A stretch of DNA of 64,000 bases from a virus (taxonomy: Duplodnaviria > Caudoviricetes): IMG/VR virus record IMGVR_UViG_2974511964_000001, positions 1-64,000 of that record. One strand, given 5' to 3'. Below, in pieces: positions 8,806-17,754 of this stretch; positions within the stretch are counted from its first letter, which is position 1; each line of letters opens with the position of its first letter. Both the position numbers and the translations under genes were made by a program. The notes beneath the pieces were generated by a model. It worked only from the letters and a program-made list of their open reading frames with translations. It did no database searches and was not told the origin of the DNA.

Positions 8806-10281
8806 TTGTCAGATAATAAAGAAAAAACCTTGTTCGGCAAGAGCTTGGAATTAAAGAATGATGTTGCCGACAACATTAGTAAGGCTTTCGTTGCTGGTAC
8901 TGGTATTACACCACAAACACAACCAGACGGTGCTGCTTTACGTCTTGAATCAATGGATAACAACTTAAAGAACACTACTTGGGGCCCAGAAGACTTCACT
9001 ATTTATAATGATATTTTCAAGCAACCAGTAGACCAAACTGTTCGTAAGTATGTACAATTCTATAAGCATGGGCGTGTTGGTCATGCCTTGTTCCAACCAG
9101 AAATTGGTATTGGTGCTGTTAACAGTCCACGGTTAGACCAAAAGACTATCTCAATGAAATTCATTGTTGATACTAAGCAAAGCTCATTGGCTATGCAATT
9201 GGCTAACACCATTACTGACCCTGTTCAAGTTTTGGAAATGGACGGCGTGGAAAACGTTGTCAAAACTATTGAATGGGCTATCTTCTATGGTGACTCTGAC
9301 TTAACTGCTGGTGAAAAGGGCGATGGTCTGGAATTTGATGGCTTGCAAAAGCTTATTGATGCTCATAACCACATTGACCTTGAAGGTGGAGAATTAACGC
9401 CACAAGTGCTTAACAAAGCCGCTGTTAAGATTGGTGAAGGTTTCGGTGTTGCAACTGATGCTTATATGCCTATTGGTGTTAAGGCTGACTTTATCAACCA
9501 ACACTTAGGTGCACAACGTATTATGCTTCCCGGTCAAACTGGTGGTATGGAAACCGGTTTAGACATTGACCGTTTCTTATCAGCACGTGGTAACATTAAG
9601 TTGCATGGTTCGACTATTATGGACTTGGATAACAAGTTAGACTTAGTTAACCCAGATGTTAACTCAAATGCACCATTAGCTCCTTCATTGACGGCATCAG
9701 CAGTTACGGACCAAGCTGGTAAATTCCATGATAAAGATGTTACGGACAAGCAAGGTAACGTATTACTTCCTAAAGAAGTTGGCGCTAACTTGGTATACCG
9801 TGCTACGACTTCAAGCCGTAACGGTGACTCATTAGCATCAGACCCAGTAACGGTTAAGGTAGCTAATGCAACCGATGGTGTTAAGTTAACAGTTACGAAC
9901 CAAGCATTACAAAACGAACGCCCAGACTTTGTTACAATCTATCGTCAATCATTGATTGATGGTGATGACAACTTCTACTTGGTTGCTCGTGTTGCTACTC
10001 GTGATATCCAAGATGACGGTACTATCGTATTTACCGATACGAACTTACGTATCCCGGGTACTGGTGATGTCTTCGTTGGTGAAATGAACCCATTACGGAT
10101 TTCATTGTTAACCTTCGCTCCATTATCAAAGCTTGACTTGGCCCAAGTAACTACGGCTTCACAATTTGCCATCTTATGGTATGGTAGTTTAGCCTTGTAT
10201 TACCCACGCCGTTTTGTTCAAATCCATAACGTTCTCTATAGCTCAGCTAAGGGTAACTTAGGATTTAACAACAACATTTAA
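8806..10281 (+). CDS. Major capsid protein
   Basis: GTGITPQTQPDGAALRLES, KTIEWAIFYGD, GLEFDGL motifs typical of SPO1/Twort-like MCP; strong codon bias. Confidence 0.95.
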   Translation: MSDNKEKTLFGKSLELKNDVADNISKAFVAGTGITPQTQPDGAALRLESMDNNLKNTTWGPEDFTIYNDIFKQPVDQTVRKYVQFYKHGRVGHALFQPEIGIGAVNSPRLDQKTISMKFIVDTKQSSLAMQLANTITDPVQVLEMDGVENVVKTIEWAIFYGDSDLTAGEKGDGLEFDGLQKLIDAHNHIDLEGGELTPQVLNKAAVKIGEGFGVATDAYMPIGVKADFINQHLGAQRIMLPGQTGGMETGLDIDRFLSARGNIKLHGSTIMDLDNKLDLVNPDVNSNAPLAPSLTASAVTDQAGKFHDKDVTDKQGNVLLPKEVGANLVYRATTSSRNGDSLASDPVTVKVANATDGVKLTVTNQALQNERPDFVTIYRQSLIDGDDNFYLVARVATRDIQDDGTIVFTDTNLRIPGTGDVFVGEMNPLRISLLTFAPLSKLDLAQVTTASQFAILWYGSLALYYPRRFVQIHNVLYSSAKGNLGFNNNI

Positions 10282-10297
10282 TTAGACATAATAGACT

Positions 10298-10324
10298 AGA
10301 GAAGCCACTGTGCTTCTCTTTTTT
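10298..10324 (+). terminator. Intrinsic terminator after capsid gene
   Basis: AGAGAAGC/GCTTCTCT hairpin plus T-run. Confidence 0.85.
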
Positions 10325-10423
10325 ATTGCCATCAGGTATTAATGTTATAATTGATACAGATATGTATATAAATCGAGATGGCTAAATGCCTATATTATAC
10401 TATGTAAGAAAGGAGATTTTATA

Positions 10424-11347
10424 ATGAGCACAGAGAATGCCATGAATTATTTCAAGACACCAGATAACTCTAATGACCCCTTAGCTAAAAACTATTATGG
10501 TAACCCAGATAACTCTGATGGAGTTGACTATACTAAGATTACATTAGAAGATTTAGGGTTTACTGTAGATGCAGTTAAAAATCAGTTAACAGGTATGGAA
10601 GAAGATTTAACAGACCCAGTAACTGGAGAACCATACCAAGATTCTTACTATCAAGCATTTATGGAACAAGCGGTTGCCATGGCTGAGAAGGAATTTGATA
10701 TTGTTATTCGTCCTAGGCTTGATTATGACCGGCTTGATTTTTATCGAGGCGACTTCGATTCTTTTATGTATGTTAGAACTTATGAGCGTCCTATTTTGCA
10801 TGTTAAGCAGGTTAAAATGTATTTGAATGACCAAACTATTCTCGACTATCCAGATAGGTGGATAAAAGTAACTAATCGTTTGGGGCAGATTGAGTTACAG
10901 CCCAGTTTATTAGCTGGTGGTTTTAATGCAAGTATGCAAGTGCCTTATTTATCAATATCAGGATATCCATTTGGTGTACCACCAGTATCACAGGACCAAT
11001 TTTCCCCACAAATGTTAGGTGTTAGTTATATTGCTGGTATGATTCCACAACCAGAAGACCAACACGGAATAAACAGGGACTATTATCCTCATCCAGACTT
11101 GATTGCTTATTGTGCAAAGTATGCCGCAATTGAAGTTCTTGAACGCTGGGGTCGTACCGTTATTGGGGCCGGTATTGCTGGTTTCGATGTAAGTATAGAC
11201 GGAATTAGCACAAATGTCAATAGTACCCAATCTGCTGAAAATACAGCTTCGACCGCCGATATTAAGCTAATGCAAGCAGACATGAAGCACATGAAGGATA
11301 CTTTAATGGAATATTATGGTGGTAGAAATATAGGATTTATTGCCTAA
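10424..11347 (+). CDS. Virion neck/head-completion protein
   Basis: GRTVIGAGIAG..SIDGIS..STQSA motif; position after MCP; CTATATTA at 10390-10397. Confidence 0.75.
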   Translation: MSTENAMNYFKTPDNSNDPLAKNYYGNPDNSDGVDYTKITLEDLGFTVDAVKNQLTGMEEDLTDPVTGEPYQDSYYQAFMEQAVAMAEKEFDIVIRPRLDYDRLDFYRGDFDSFMYVRTYERPILHVKQVKMYLNDQTILDYPDRWIKVTNRLGQIELQPSLLAGGFNASMQVPYLSISGYPFGVPPVSQDQFSPQMLGVSYIAGMIPQPEDQHGINRDYYPHPDLIAYCAKYAAIEVLERWGRTVIGAGIAGFDVSIDGISTNVNSTQSAENTASTADIKLMQADMKHMKDTLMEYYGGRNIGFIA

Positions 11348-11399
11348 TATCATTATACAATAGTGTATCTTAAAATTAAAGTAGAAAGGGGGAGTTAAT

Positions 11400-12317
11400 T
11401 TGGCAGATAAACCAGTAACTAATATTGACCCTTTAAAACGCCGTAATAAGATGCCAGAACTAAGAGTAGACTTAGTATTACAGGAAATTGAAAGGCTCGG
11501 TAGAGAGGTATATTGGGAGAAGTCATTCCAATGTCCTTGTATCGACCCTAAGACACATGCTCCTAAGCCAAACTGTAAAGTTTGTCATGGCCAAGGAATT
11601 GTGTTCAAAGACCCATATCAACTAAGAATGCTAATGCAATCTGATGATAAGGGAGTATACAACGGGCACTATGGCTCGCAAGAAATTCGTAGTGCTATTG
11701 CAACGCCACAATTAACTGAAAACGGTATTGAAAACGGTATTTCGGCTAGAGATAGAATTACAATCAAAGACATGAAGATTACTCAGACATATACCTTTAA
11801 TGCTACACCACTTAGAATGTCCAAGGGCATGTTTATTCCATATTCAGTAGATAGTGTTGACGAAGCATATACTTTAGATAGTAAAGGGTTATTACTAAAA
11901 ATTGACCCTAAGACCTTAGTATACAACAAAGATAGCTCTACTCTAGCTATTACTGATAATACCTTAGCAGGTAAGAACATATCATTGGTACTTTCAGTGG
12001 ATGCTCGCTACTATGTGGCCGACATAACTAAGGAAACCAGATATGCCTATGTATCAAATGCTAAAGGTAAACTTGCTATGGTTGGTAATTATAACACAAA
12101 CCTTAAGTATCAAGACCTTTATGGTGCAGATTTTAGTGGTTTAAAAGGTAACGCTGTCACTCCAGTTAGACTACCTAAGAAGTTGATTATTCGTAGAGAG
12201 GACTTGTTTGTACCAGACTCAAACATTGTTATTAACGATAATGACAACTTATCTCAGATAACTGACCCTAAGGTATCAGCAGATATGTCAGATTTCTTTG
12301 GTGATACTAATGGCTGA
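11400..12317 (+). CDS. Virion neck/head-tail adaptor protein
   Basis: WEKSFQCPC...CKVCHGQG motif; synteny. Confidence 0.7.
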   Translation: MADKPVTNIDPLKRRNKMPELRVDLVLQEIERLGREVYWEKSFQCPCIDPKTHAPKPNCKVCHGQGIVFKDPYQLRMLMQSDDKGVYNGHYGSQEIRSAIATPQLTENGIENGISARDRITIKDMKITQTYTFNATPLRMSKGMFIPYSVDSVDEAYTLDSKGLLLKIDPKTLVYNKDSSTLAITDNTLAGKNISLVLSVDARYYVADITKETRYAYVSNAKGKLAMVGNYNTNLKYQDLYGADFSGLKGNAVTPVRLPKKLIIRREDLFVPDSNIVINDNDNLSQITDPKVSADMSDFFGDTNG

Positions 12318-12984
12318 CTTAACTAATCAATTTAAAGACCTATTTACTAGGACAATTAATCAAAACGTTATTGAACGAAGTATGCGTGATGACTTAAGCA
12401 AATGGATTAAGTCTAAGGATAGTTCTATTAATACATCTAATGTTGGTGATAATATTCTATCATTATCCTACACATTGATAGAAGATGAAGCCAAAAAGCA
12501 AGGTGCACAGTTTATTGACTTGAAGCCGTATTTTGCCCGTTCGTCAAAGGCTAAGCATACCAAAGATGGCGGCTGGTACATGGTTATACCAATCCAGAGG
12601 GGTGCTCCCGAGTTGCGTTCTGCTTATGGCAGAAGCTTATGGGATACTATTAGTCATACAAACTATGGTGAAACTTCTAGTCAAGGAGACGTTTCTAGAC
12701 TACAAGAAAAACTAGGTGTTAGCCCAAGCGCAACTATTCCAGAATTGGCCTATAAATGGAAATCTAATAATGTTACCCGTGTAAAATGGGGCTCTTCTGG
12801 TAAACGTGGACGCTATGTTCAGTTTAGAACAGTTTCAAATAAGTCTGACCCCAACTCATGGATAGTTGGAAGGCAAACTTTAAATGAAGAAACTCCCGGA
12901 ATTGAACAACTAGCCCCATATATTTCAACCATCATGAAGAACCATGTTGATGAGTACCTAAGTCAGACTAACAATATTCTATAG
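12310..12984 (+). CDS. Virion neck protein
   Basis: GGWYMVIPI, YVQFRTVSNKSDPNSWI motifs; synteny. Confidence 0.65.
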   Translation: MADLTNQFKDLFTRTINQNVIERSMRDDLSKWIKSKDSSINTSNVGDNILSLSYTLIEDEAKKQGAQFIDLKPYFARSSKAKHTKDGGWYMVIPIQRGAPELRSAYGRSLWDTISHTNYGETSSQGDVSRLQEKLGVSPSATIPELAYKWKSNNVTRVKWGSSGKRGRYVQFRTVSNKSDPNSWIVGRQTLNEETPGIEQLAPYISTIMKNHVDEYLSQTNNIL

Positions 12985-12999
12985 AGAGGGGGCAATTGA

Positions 13000-13884
13000 A
13001 TGGCAATAAACTCCGGTGAAATTTACTTACAAGACAAAATACAGTCAATTATGAATGGTTTTCTATCCAGTCGTTATATTACTAGTGAAGATATATTAAG
13101 TGAGCTTCCTGATGACATTAAAAATCCATTTATGAATACTTATGGATTATATGCTGGTGCAGAAGGTAAGGAGATTCCAGTAACCTTTACATTTCCAGAT
13201 GTTAAGCAACAAGAAGCATTTATATTAATTCAGTTTAAAGGCGCCGATGAAGACGTAGACAACTCATCTATCGGTAACGTGCAAGCCAATATTGCTAGCT
13301 ATCAAGAAGGCAATGAATTAAAAGAACGCTTGCCAGTGTCGGTAGATGAAGTTAATGGTACTAAATCATACTATGTTGAAACATCTAAACCAATATTCTC
13401 ACTATCTAACATTCCAGAAATATCTGGGTCGTCAGAGTTTAAGTTTTCAGGAAACAGAATTGAACTGCCCCCTTTACCTTTCCTAAATACTAAATTTATC
13501 ATTACTGTATATTATTCAGCAATGAGGACAGATAGTAATGGAAACATAATGAAAGATAAGGATGTTATTCGTTATGGGGTTAACCTGATTGAAGGGTATA
13601 CAATTGATTTCTGCTCAACAAATCAAGATACTCTAAAATGTTTAACGGTACTTTTATTGGCAACTATGGTATATCTTAGAAAAACATTGGAGGACAATGA
13701 TGATTTCTATTTACCTACCATTACACTTAATGGTTCTGACCTAATCGAAGAAGTAAACAGCGCTACAAACGCTTCTTACAGTCAGCAACTGTTCTACCGT
13801 AGAGCGGAGATAACCTATAAGACTACACAATCCATCATGTCAGACGCCGGTGATAGGTTAAATGGCATTAATATCGAAGATTAA
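13000..13884 (+). CDS. Putative tail completion/terminator protein
   Basis: Position before the sheath; GAGGGGG RBS. Confidence 0.55.
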   Translation: MAINSGEIYLQDKIQSIMNGFLSSRYITSEDILSELPDDIKNPFMNTYGLYAGAEGKEIPVTFTFPDVKQQEAFILIQFKGADEDVDNSSIGNVQANIASYQEGNELKERLPVSVDEVNGTKSYYVETSKPIFSLSNIPEISGSSEFKFSGNRIELPPLPFLNTKFIITVYYSAMRTDSNGNIMKDKDVIRYGVNLIEGYTIDFCSTNQDTLKCLTVLLLATMVYLRKTLEDNDDFYLPTITLNGSDLIEEVNSATNASYSQQLFYRRAEITYKTTQSIMSDAGDRLNGINIED

Positions 13885-13903
13885 ATCAAAGGGGGCTATA
13901 ATA

Positions 13904-14107
13904 ATGGTATCAAATATTAAAAAGGCTAAACATAAGCGTTTGTACTCAGTGGATGATTTCATTAAGTCGGCGCTAGAGTCTAAGAAGTTTGCAAAGCTTA
14001 ACCGTATTAGTGCTAGTGGTTTCAGAGCTCAAATGGTTAAGGAAGACAAGGTTCTTGTTGAAGATGAACATATCTTCTTAGATAAATTGAAGAAATATTT
14101 AGCATAA
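13904..14107 (+). CDS. Small conserved-position hypothetical protein before the sheath
   Basis: ATG 13904 after AAAGGGGG RBS. Confidence 0.6.
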   Translation: MVSNIKKAKHKRLYSVDDFIKSALESKKFAKLNRISASGFRAQMVKEDKVLVEDEHIFLDKLKKYLA

Positions 14108-14129
14108 TAAGAAAGGCAGTGTAAATTAA

Positions 14130-15977
14130 ATGGCAAAAACAGTTTCTGTTTCAGAAAACATGAAGCGCATCTATCCTAAGTTTAATGATAGTCGTCCTCA
14201 CGTTGAAACTAACTATGATGACAGCGCATTATCAAATTCGGCATCAGATTCGCAAAAGAACATCTTTATGATTGGCTCGGCATCTGATGGCGACCCTACT
14301 AAAGTATACACACTTAATACTTTATCACAGGCTAAGGGTACCTTTGGTTCAGGTGACCTTGTAAACGCTATGGAACTAGCATGGGACCCATCAAATGATT
14401 CATTAACTAGTGGGGGTACTATCTACGCTATGCGTGCTGAGGATGCAACCCAAGCATCTTTAACAAAGGGCGCATTATCTTTTGTCTCTAAGGTATTTGG
14501 TGACAATGCTAACAGAGTTGGTATTGCACTTGACAACGATGTAATTACTGGAGCTCCCCGTATTACTGTTACGTATGACCCTAAGAATTACAGTAGGGTA
14601 TACACAAACATTGGCTCAATGTTTACTCTGAGTTACAAAGGTACTGCTGCGGCTGCTGGCTATTCAGTTGAAAAGGGTGCTGATGGGTATGCTTCTAAGT
14701 TCACGTTAGCTACCGGTCAATCAATTGATGCTTTAGAAGAAGTTAAATCATTTGACTTGCATTCACACTCCTATCAAACAATGGCAGACTTATTACAAGG
14801 CATTTCCGCTGTGTCTGGTTTTAGTGCTGGTGTTGTTGGTTCTACGGTTGTTGAAACAAAGTATCTTGATGTTGTTGACCCTGCCGTAGATTGCAAGACT
14901 GCTCCAGTTACGGTTACCGCTAAAGTTGGTGATGCTGTTCATGCTTTACGTTATGACAGCTATGTAACACTGTCAGTTGCTTCACCAGTTGCCCCCTCAG
15001 GTGTTGAAGTAGGAACAACAACAACTACTACTACTACGGTAACTGCTGGTTCATCAACTCAGGAGTTTCCAGAACCGTTTGAAAAGACGTTCTTGACTGG
15101 TGGCTCAACTGGTCAAGTTCCAGTTAGCTGGGCTGACAAGTTTAAGAATGTTGTTGGTAATGACGCCTACTATATTGTAGCACTTACTGACCAAGAAAAC
15201 ATTCATGCCGAACTAAAAGCATTCTTAGATGAAGAATCCGATTTAGGTTATAACTACCGTGGTTTTGTTGGTGGTGGTTTTAATGAAGAACCCGAAGAAA
15301 TGATTTCTCGCCAGATTTCATTAAAAGACGAACGTATTAATTTGGTTGGTCAATCAGGGTATTATGCAAACTTGTCTGGTGCTAACGTGCATATTCCAGC
15401 CTACTTAATGGCTGCTTATGCCGCCGGAGTCGCTTCTAGCTTGCAAATTGGTGGTGCATTAACCAACAAGTATATCTCATTAGTTAGTCTTGACCAAGAA
15501 CTTACTGGTGACCAATTAGATACTCTTAACTCCAATGGTGTTATCTCTATCGAGAAGGTTGTAAACCGTAACGCTACTGGTGGTTACAGATTTGTTCAGG
15601 ATGTTACTACTTACAATTCATCTAACGAACCAGTTAAGTCCCGCTTAAGCTTAGGAGAACTTACTGACTTCTTGTTTGACGATTTGAAGCTATACTTGGA
15701 ACAAAACTTTATTGGTACCAATATCAGGACTACAACTGCCGATGATATCAAGGCTGGGGTTTCTAGCTTCTTATTCAATGAAGCTAGTTCGGATAATGGT
15801 TTAATTACCAGTTACAAAGAATCAGATATCACAGTTTCAATTAGTGGTGACGTTGCCTACGTTGTATTCTCAGCAGCACCTAGTCAAACAATGGATAACA
15901 TTGTTGTCTATGGTACCTACACCAACTACACGGCAGCAAGCACAACTGAAACAGACGATACTGGAACTGTACAATAA
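14130..15977 (+). CDS. Tail sheath protein (contractile tail)
   Basis: SRPHVET, FGSGDLVNAMELAW, FVQDVTTYN, LGELTDFL motifs; 615 aa. Confidence 0.93.
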   Translation: MAKTVSVSENMKRIYPKFNDSRPHVETNYDDSALSNSASDSQKNIFMIGSASDGDPTKVYTLNTLSQAKGTFGSGDLVNAMELAWDPSNDSLTSGGTIYAMRAEDATQASLTKGALSFVSKVFGDNANRVGIALDNDVITGAPRITVTYDPKNYSRVYTNIGSMFTLSYKGTAAAAGYSVEKGADGYASKFTLATGQSIDALEEVKSFDLHSHSYQTMADLLQGISAVSGFSAGVVGSTVVETKYLDVVDPAVDCKTAPVTVTAKVGDAVHALRYDSYVTLSVASPVAPSGVEVGTTTTTTTTVTAGSSTQEFPEPFEKTFLTGGSTGQVPVSWADKFKNVVGNDAYYIVALTDQENIHAELKAFLDEESDLGYNYRGFVGGGFNEEPEEMISRQISLKDERINLVGQSGYYANLSGANVHIPAYLMAAYAAGVASSLQIGGALTNKYISLVSLDQELTGDQLDTLNSNGVISIEKVVNRNATGGYRFVQDVTTYNSSNEPVKSRLSLGELTDFLFDDLKLYLEQNFIGTNIRTTTADDIKAGVSSFLFNEASSDNGLITSYKESDITVSISGDVAYVVFSAAPSQTMDNIVVYGTYTNYTAASTTETDDTGTVQ

Positions 15978-15992
15978 GGAGGCTAGGACTAT

Positions 15993-16463
15993 ATGGCAAC
16001 ACTTGCAAAGCAAACGGTTGAAACTGGTAACCGTATTTATATTATGATTAAGAATGAAGTTATTGGCCGTGCTCAATCATTAACTGGTGACCGTTCATTT
16101 GGTACCGAAGGTGTGTACGAACTTGGTTCAATCATGCCACATGAACACGTATTCTTAAAGTATACGGGTACTGTATCAGTTGAACGTTATCGGTTACGTA
16201 CTGGTAATATGTCTGATAAGAAGATTACCGCTCTAGGTGAAGATGTTTTGAAGATTGATATCTTAGATATTAATGTTAAGGATAACCAAACGGGTGCCTT
16301 AATCATCTGCTACCGTGGATGCTCAATTAACACTTACTCAGAAACTTATCGGGCTAACGATATTACTGGTGAATCCGCACAATTCTACTACTTGACTTCA
16401 AGTAACTTACAGAATGGCGGATACTCAGCTTCTCAATTCAATACCGCTTCTGGTATTTCTTAA
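15993..16463 (+). CDS. Tail tube protein
   Basis: QTVETGN..IGRAQS..SFGTEGVYELGSIMP.EH motif; follows the sheath. Confidence 0.92.
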   Translation: MATLAKQTVETGNRIYIMIKNEVIGRAQSLTGDRSFGTEGVYELGSIMPHEHVFLKYTGTVSVERYRLRTGNMSDKKITALGEDVLKIDILDINVKDNQTGALIICYRGCSINTYSETYRANDITGESAQFYYLTSSNLQNGGYSASQFNTASGIS

Positions 16464-16479
16464 TAGCGACATAATCAAG

Positions 16480-16507
16480 AAGAGCTACTTAGTTGTAGCT
16501 CTTTTTT
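16480..16507 (+). terminator. Intrinsic terminator after tail tube
   Basis: AAGAGCTAC/GTAGCTCTT plus T-run. Confidence 0.85.
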
Positions 16508-16595
16508 ATTGACAGTTTCTTTTATATTAATGTTTGAGAGCATTGCTCTGTTAAAATAGAGATATAAACTTAAATAAGAAAGAGGTAATTATAAT

Positions 16596-17189
16596 ATGGC
16601 ATTATCACACGAAGAAATTATTAAGAAAATGAAGGCCGAAGAAGCTGAAAAGGAAACCAAGAAAGGTAACAGCAAAGTTACTGACTTGGGAAGTATGGAA
16701 GAAAGTCCCGAAGTACTGGAGCTAAAGAAACAACTAGCTGAATCAAAGGCACAATTAGACAAAACCGAATTAGAGCGTCAAAAGCTTCAAAATCAAGTTC
16801 AAGACAATTTTGATACTCAGTCGTTCAATGAAAATCAGAATGCTGTTAACACTATCTTAAATGGTGATTTAAAGCAGTATTTCAAGAAGCATTACTCATA
16901 TGATGTTGGGGGCAAAAAGCTAGAATTTGATGTAAGGATGCATTTACAGTCCATTCAAGAGCTTACTAAGATTGAAGTTTTAGCACAACAGATGACTGAG
17001 GGAATGCTTGATAACTTACAGGATGGGTTAGCTTACACCTATAGAGCATTGGCAACATTTAAGATTGTAGGTGATAGTGTTCCAGACTGGCTAACCGATG
17101 ACAGTGGTTACCGTTTAGACATTGTTCAAAATGTGTATGGTGATTACCTGGAATGGTCGGAAACGTTTCGCCAACAACAAGTACGCTAA
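16596..17189 (+). CDS. Tail assembly chaperone (G-like)
   Basis: Between tube and tape measure; ends ..ETFR..; TTATATTA at 16522-16529. Confidence 0.75.
   Translation: MALSHEEIIKKMKAEEAEKETKKGNSKVTDLGSMEESPEVLELKKQLAESKAQLDKTELERQKLQNQVQDNFDTQSFNENQNAVNTILNGDLKQYFKKHYSYDVGGKKLEFDVRMHLQSIQELTKIEVLAQQMTEGMLDNLQDGLAYTYRALATFKIVGDSVPDWLTDDSGYRLDIVQNVYGDYLEWSETFRQQQVR
17166..17171 (+). other. Predicted +1 programmed frameshift site TTT-CGC
   Basis: In-frame TTT followed by C allows Phe-tRNA to re-pair on TTC in the +1 frame, which is the frame of ORF 17122..17712. Confidence 0.65.
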
Positions 17190-17712
17190 TTCTGGTGGTC
17201 ATAAGAATCCTTACTATCCAGAACAGGTAAATGAAGCCGGTGGGATGCGAAAAGTTGCTCGTAGCAATATCGGACGTAATATGTTTATTATCATGGATAG
17301 GTTTCACGTTCTACCAAATGACCCACTCATTCAAACACTAACGGTAGCCCAAAGAGACTTCTTATTTGAAAGCATCCAATATGATAATGATTTGAAGCGG
17401 GCACAAGCTGAGGGTCGAGAGATTGACAGTTCATTTGAAGATGAATCCGAAGATTACCTTAATGATATTTATAACAGCAACGAACATGTTGATTTGGTAT
17501 CAGAGGGCGATAACATGGATGACCTCTATAACCAAGTTAAGGAAGCAACTAATGACCCAGCATATGAAGCTAAGATTGACAGTGCCATTGATATGGAATT
17601 ACACGACAAAAAACTTCATGATGCTAGAGTTGATGAAGAGATTAAACAGAACTTTAAAGATGCTTACAAACGAGCAGAAGAACTTATGGACAATGATGAA
17701 GAGGATGAATAA
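17167..17712 (+). CDS. Tail assembly chaperone C-terminal extension (T-like), probably expressed via +1 frameshift
   Basis: Overlaps the upstream chaperone in the +1 frame with no convincing RBS; GGMRKVARS..FHVLPNDP motif. Confidence 0.7.
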   Translation, partial: FANNKYANSGGHKNPYYPEQVNEAGGMRKVARSNIGRNMFIIMDRFHVLPNDPLIQTLTVAQRDFLFESIQYDNDLKRAQAEGREIDSSFEDESEDYLNDIYNSNEHVDLVSEGDNMDDLYNQVKEATNDPAYEAKIDSAIDMELHDKKLHDARVDEEIKQNFKDAYKRAEELMDNDEEDE

Positions 17713-17754
17713 TCCTCTTTGTGTTACATAGCTAAAATACGGGGTGAAGAAAAT

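Noticed and set aside
13074-13081. TTATATTA inside a CDS as a late promoter
   Set aside because: It is intragenic and far from the next start; an AT-rich octamer can occur by chance.
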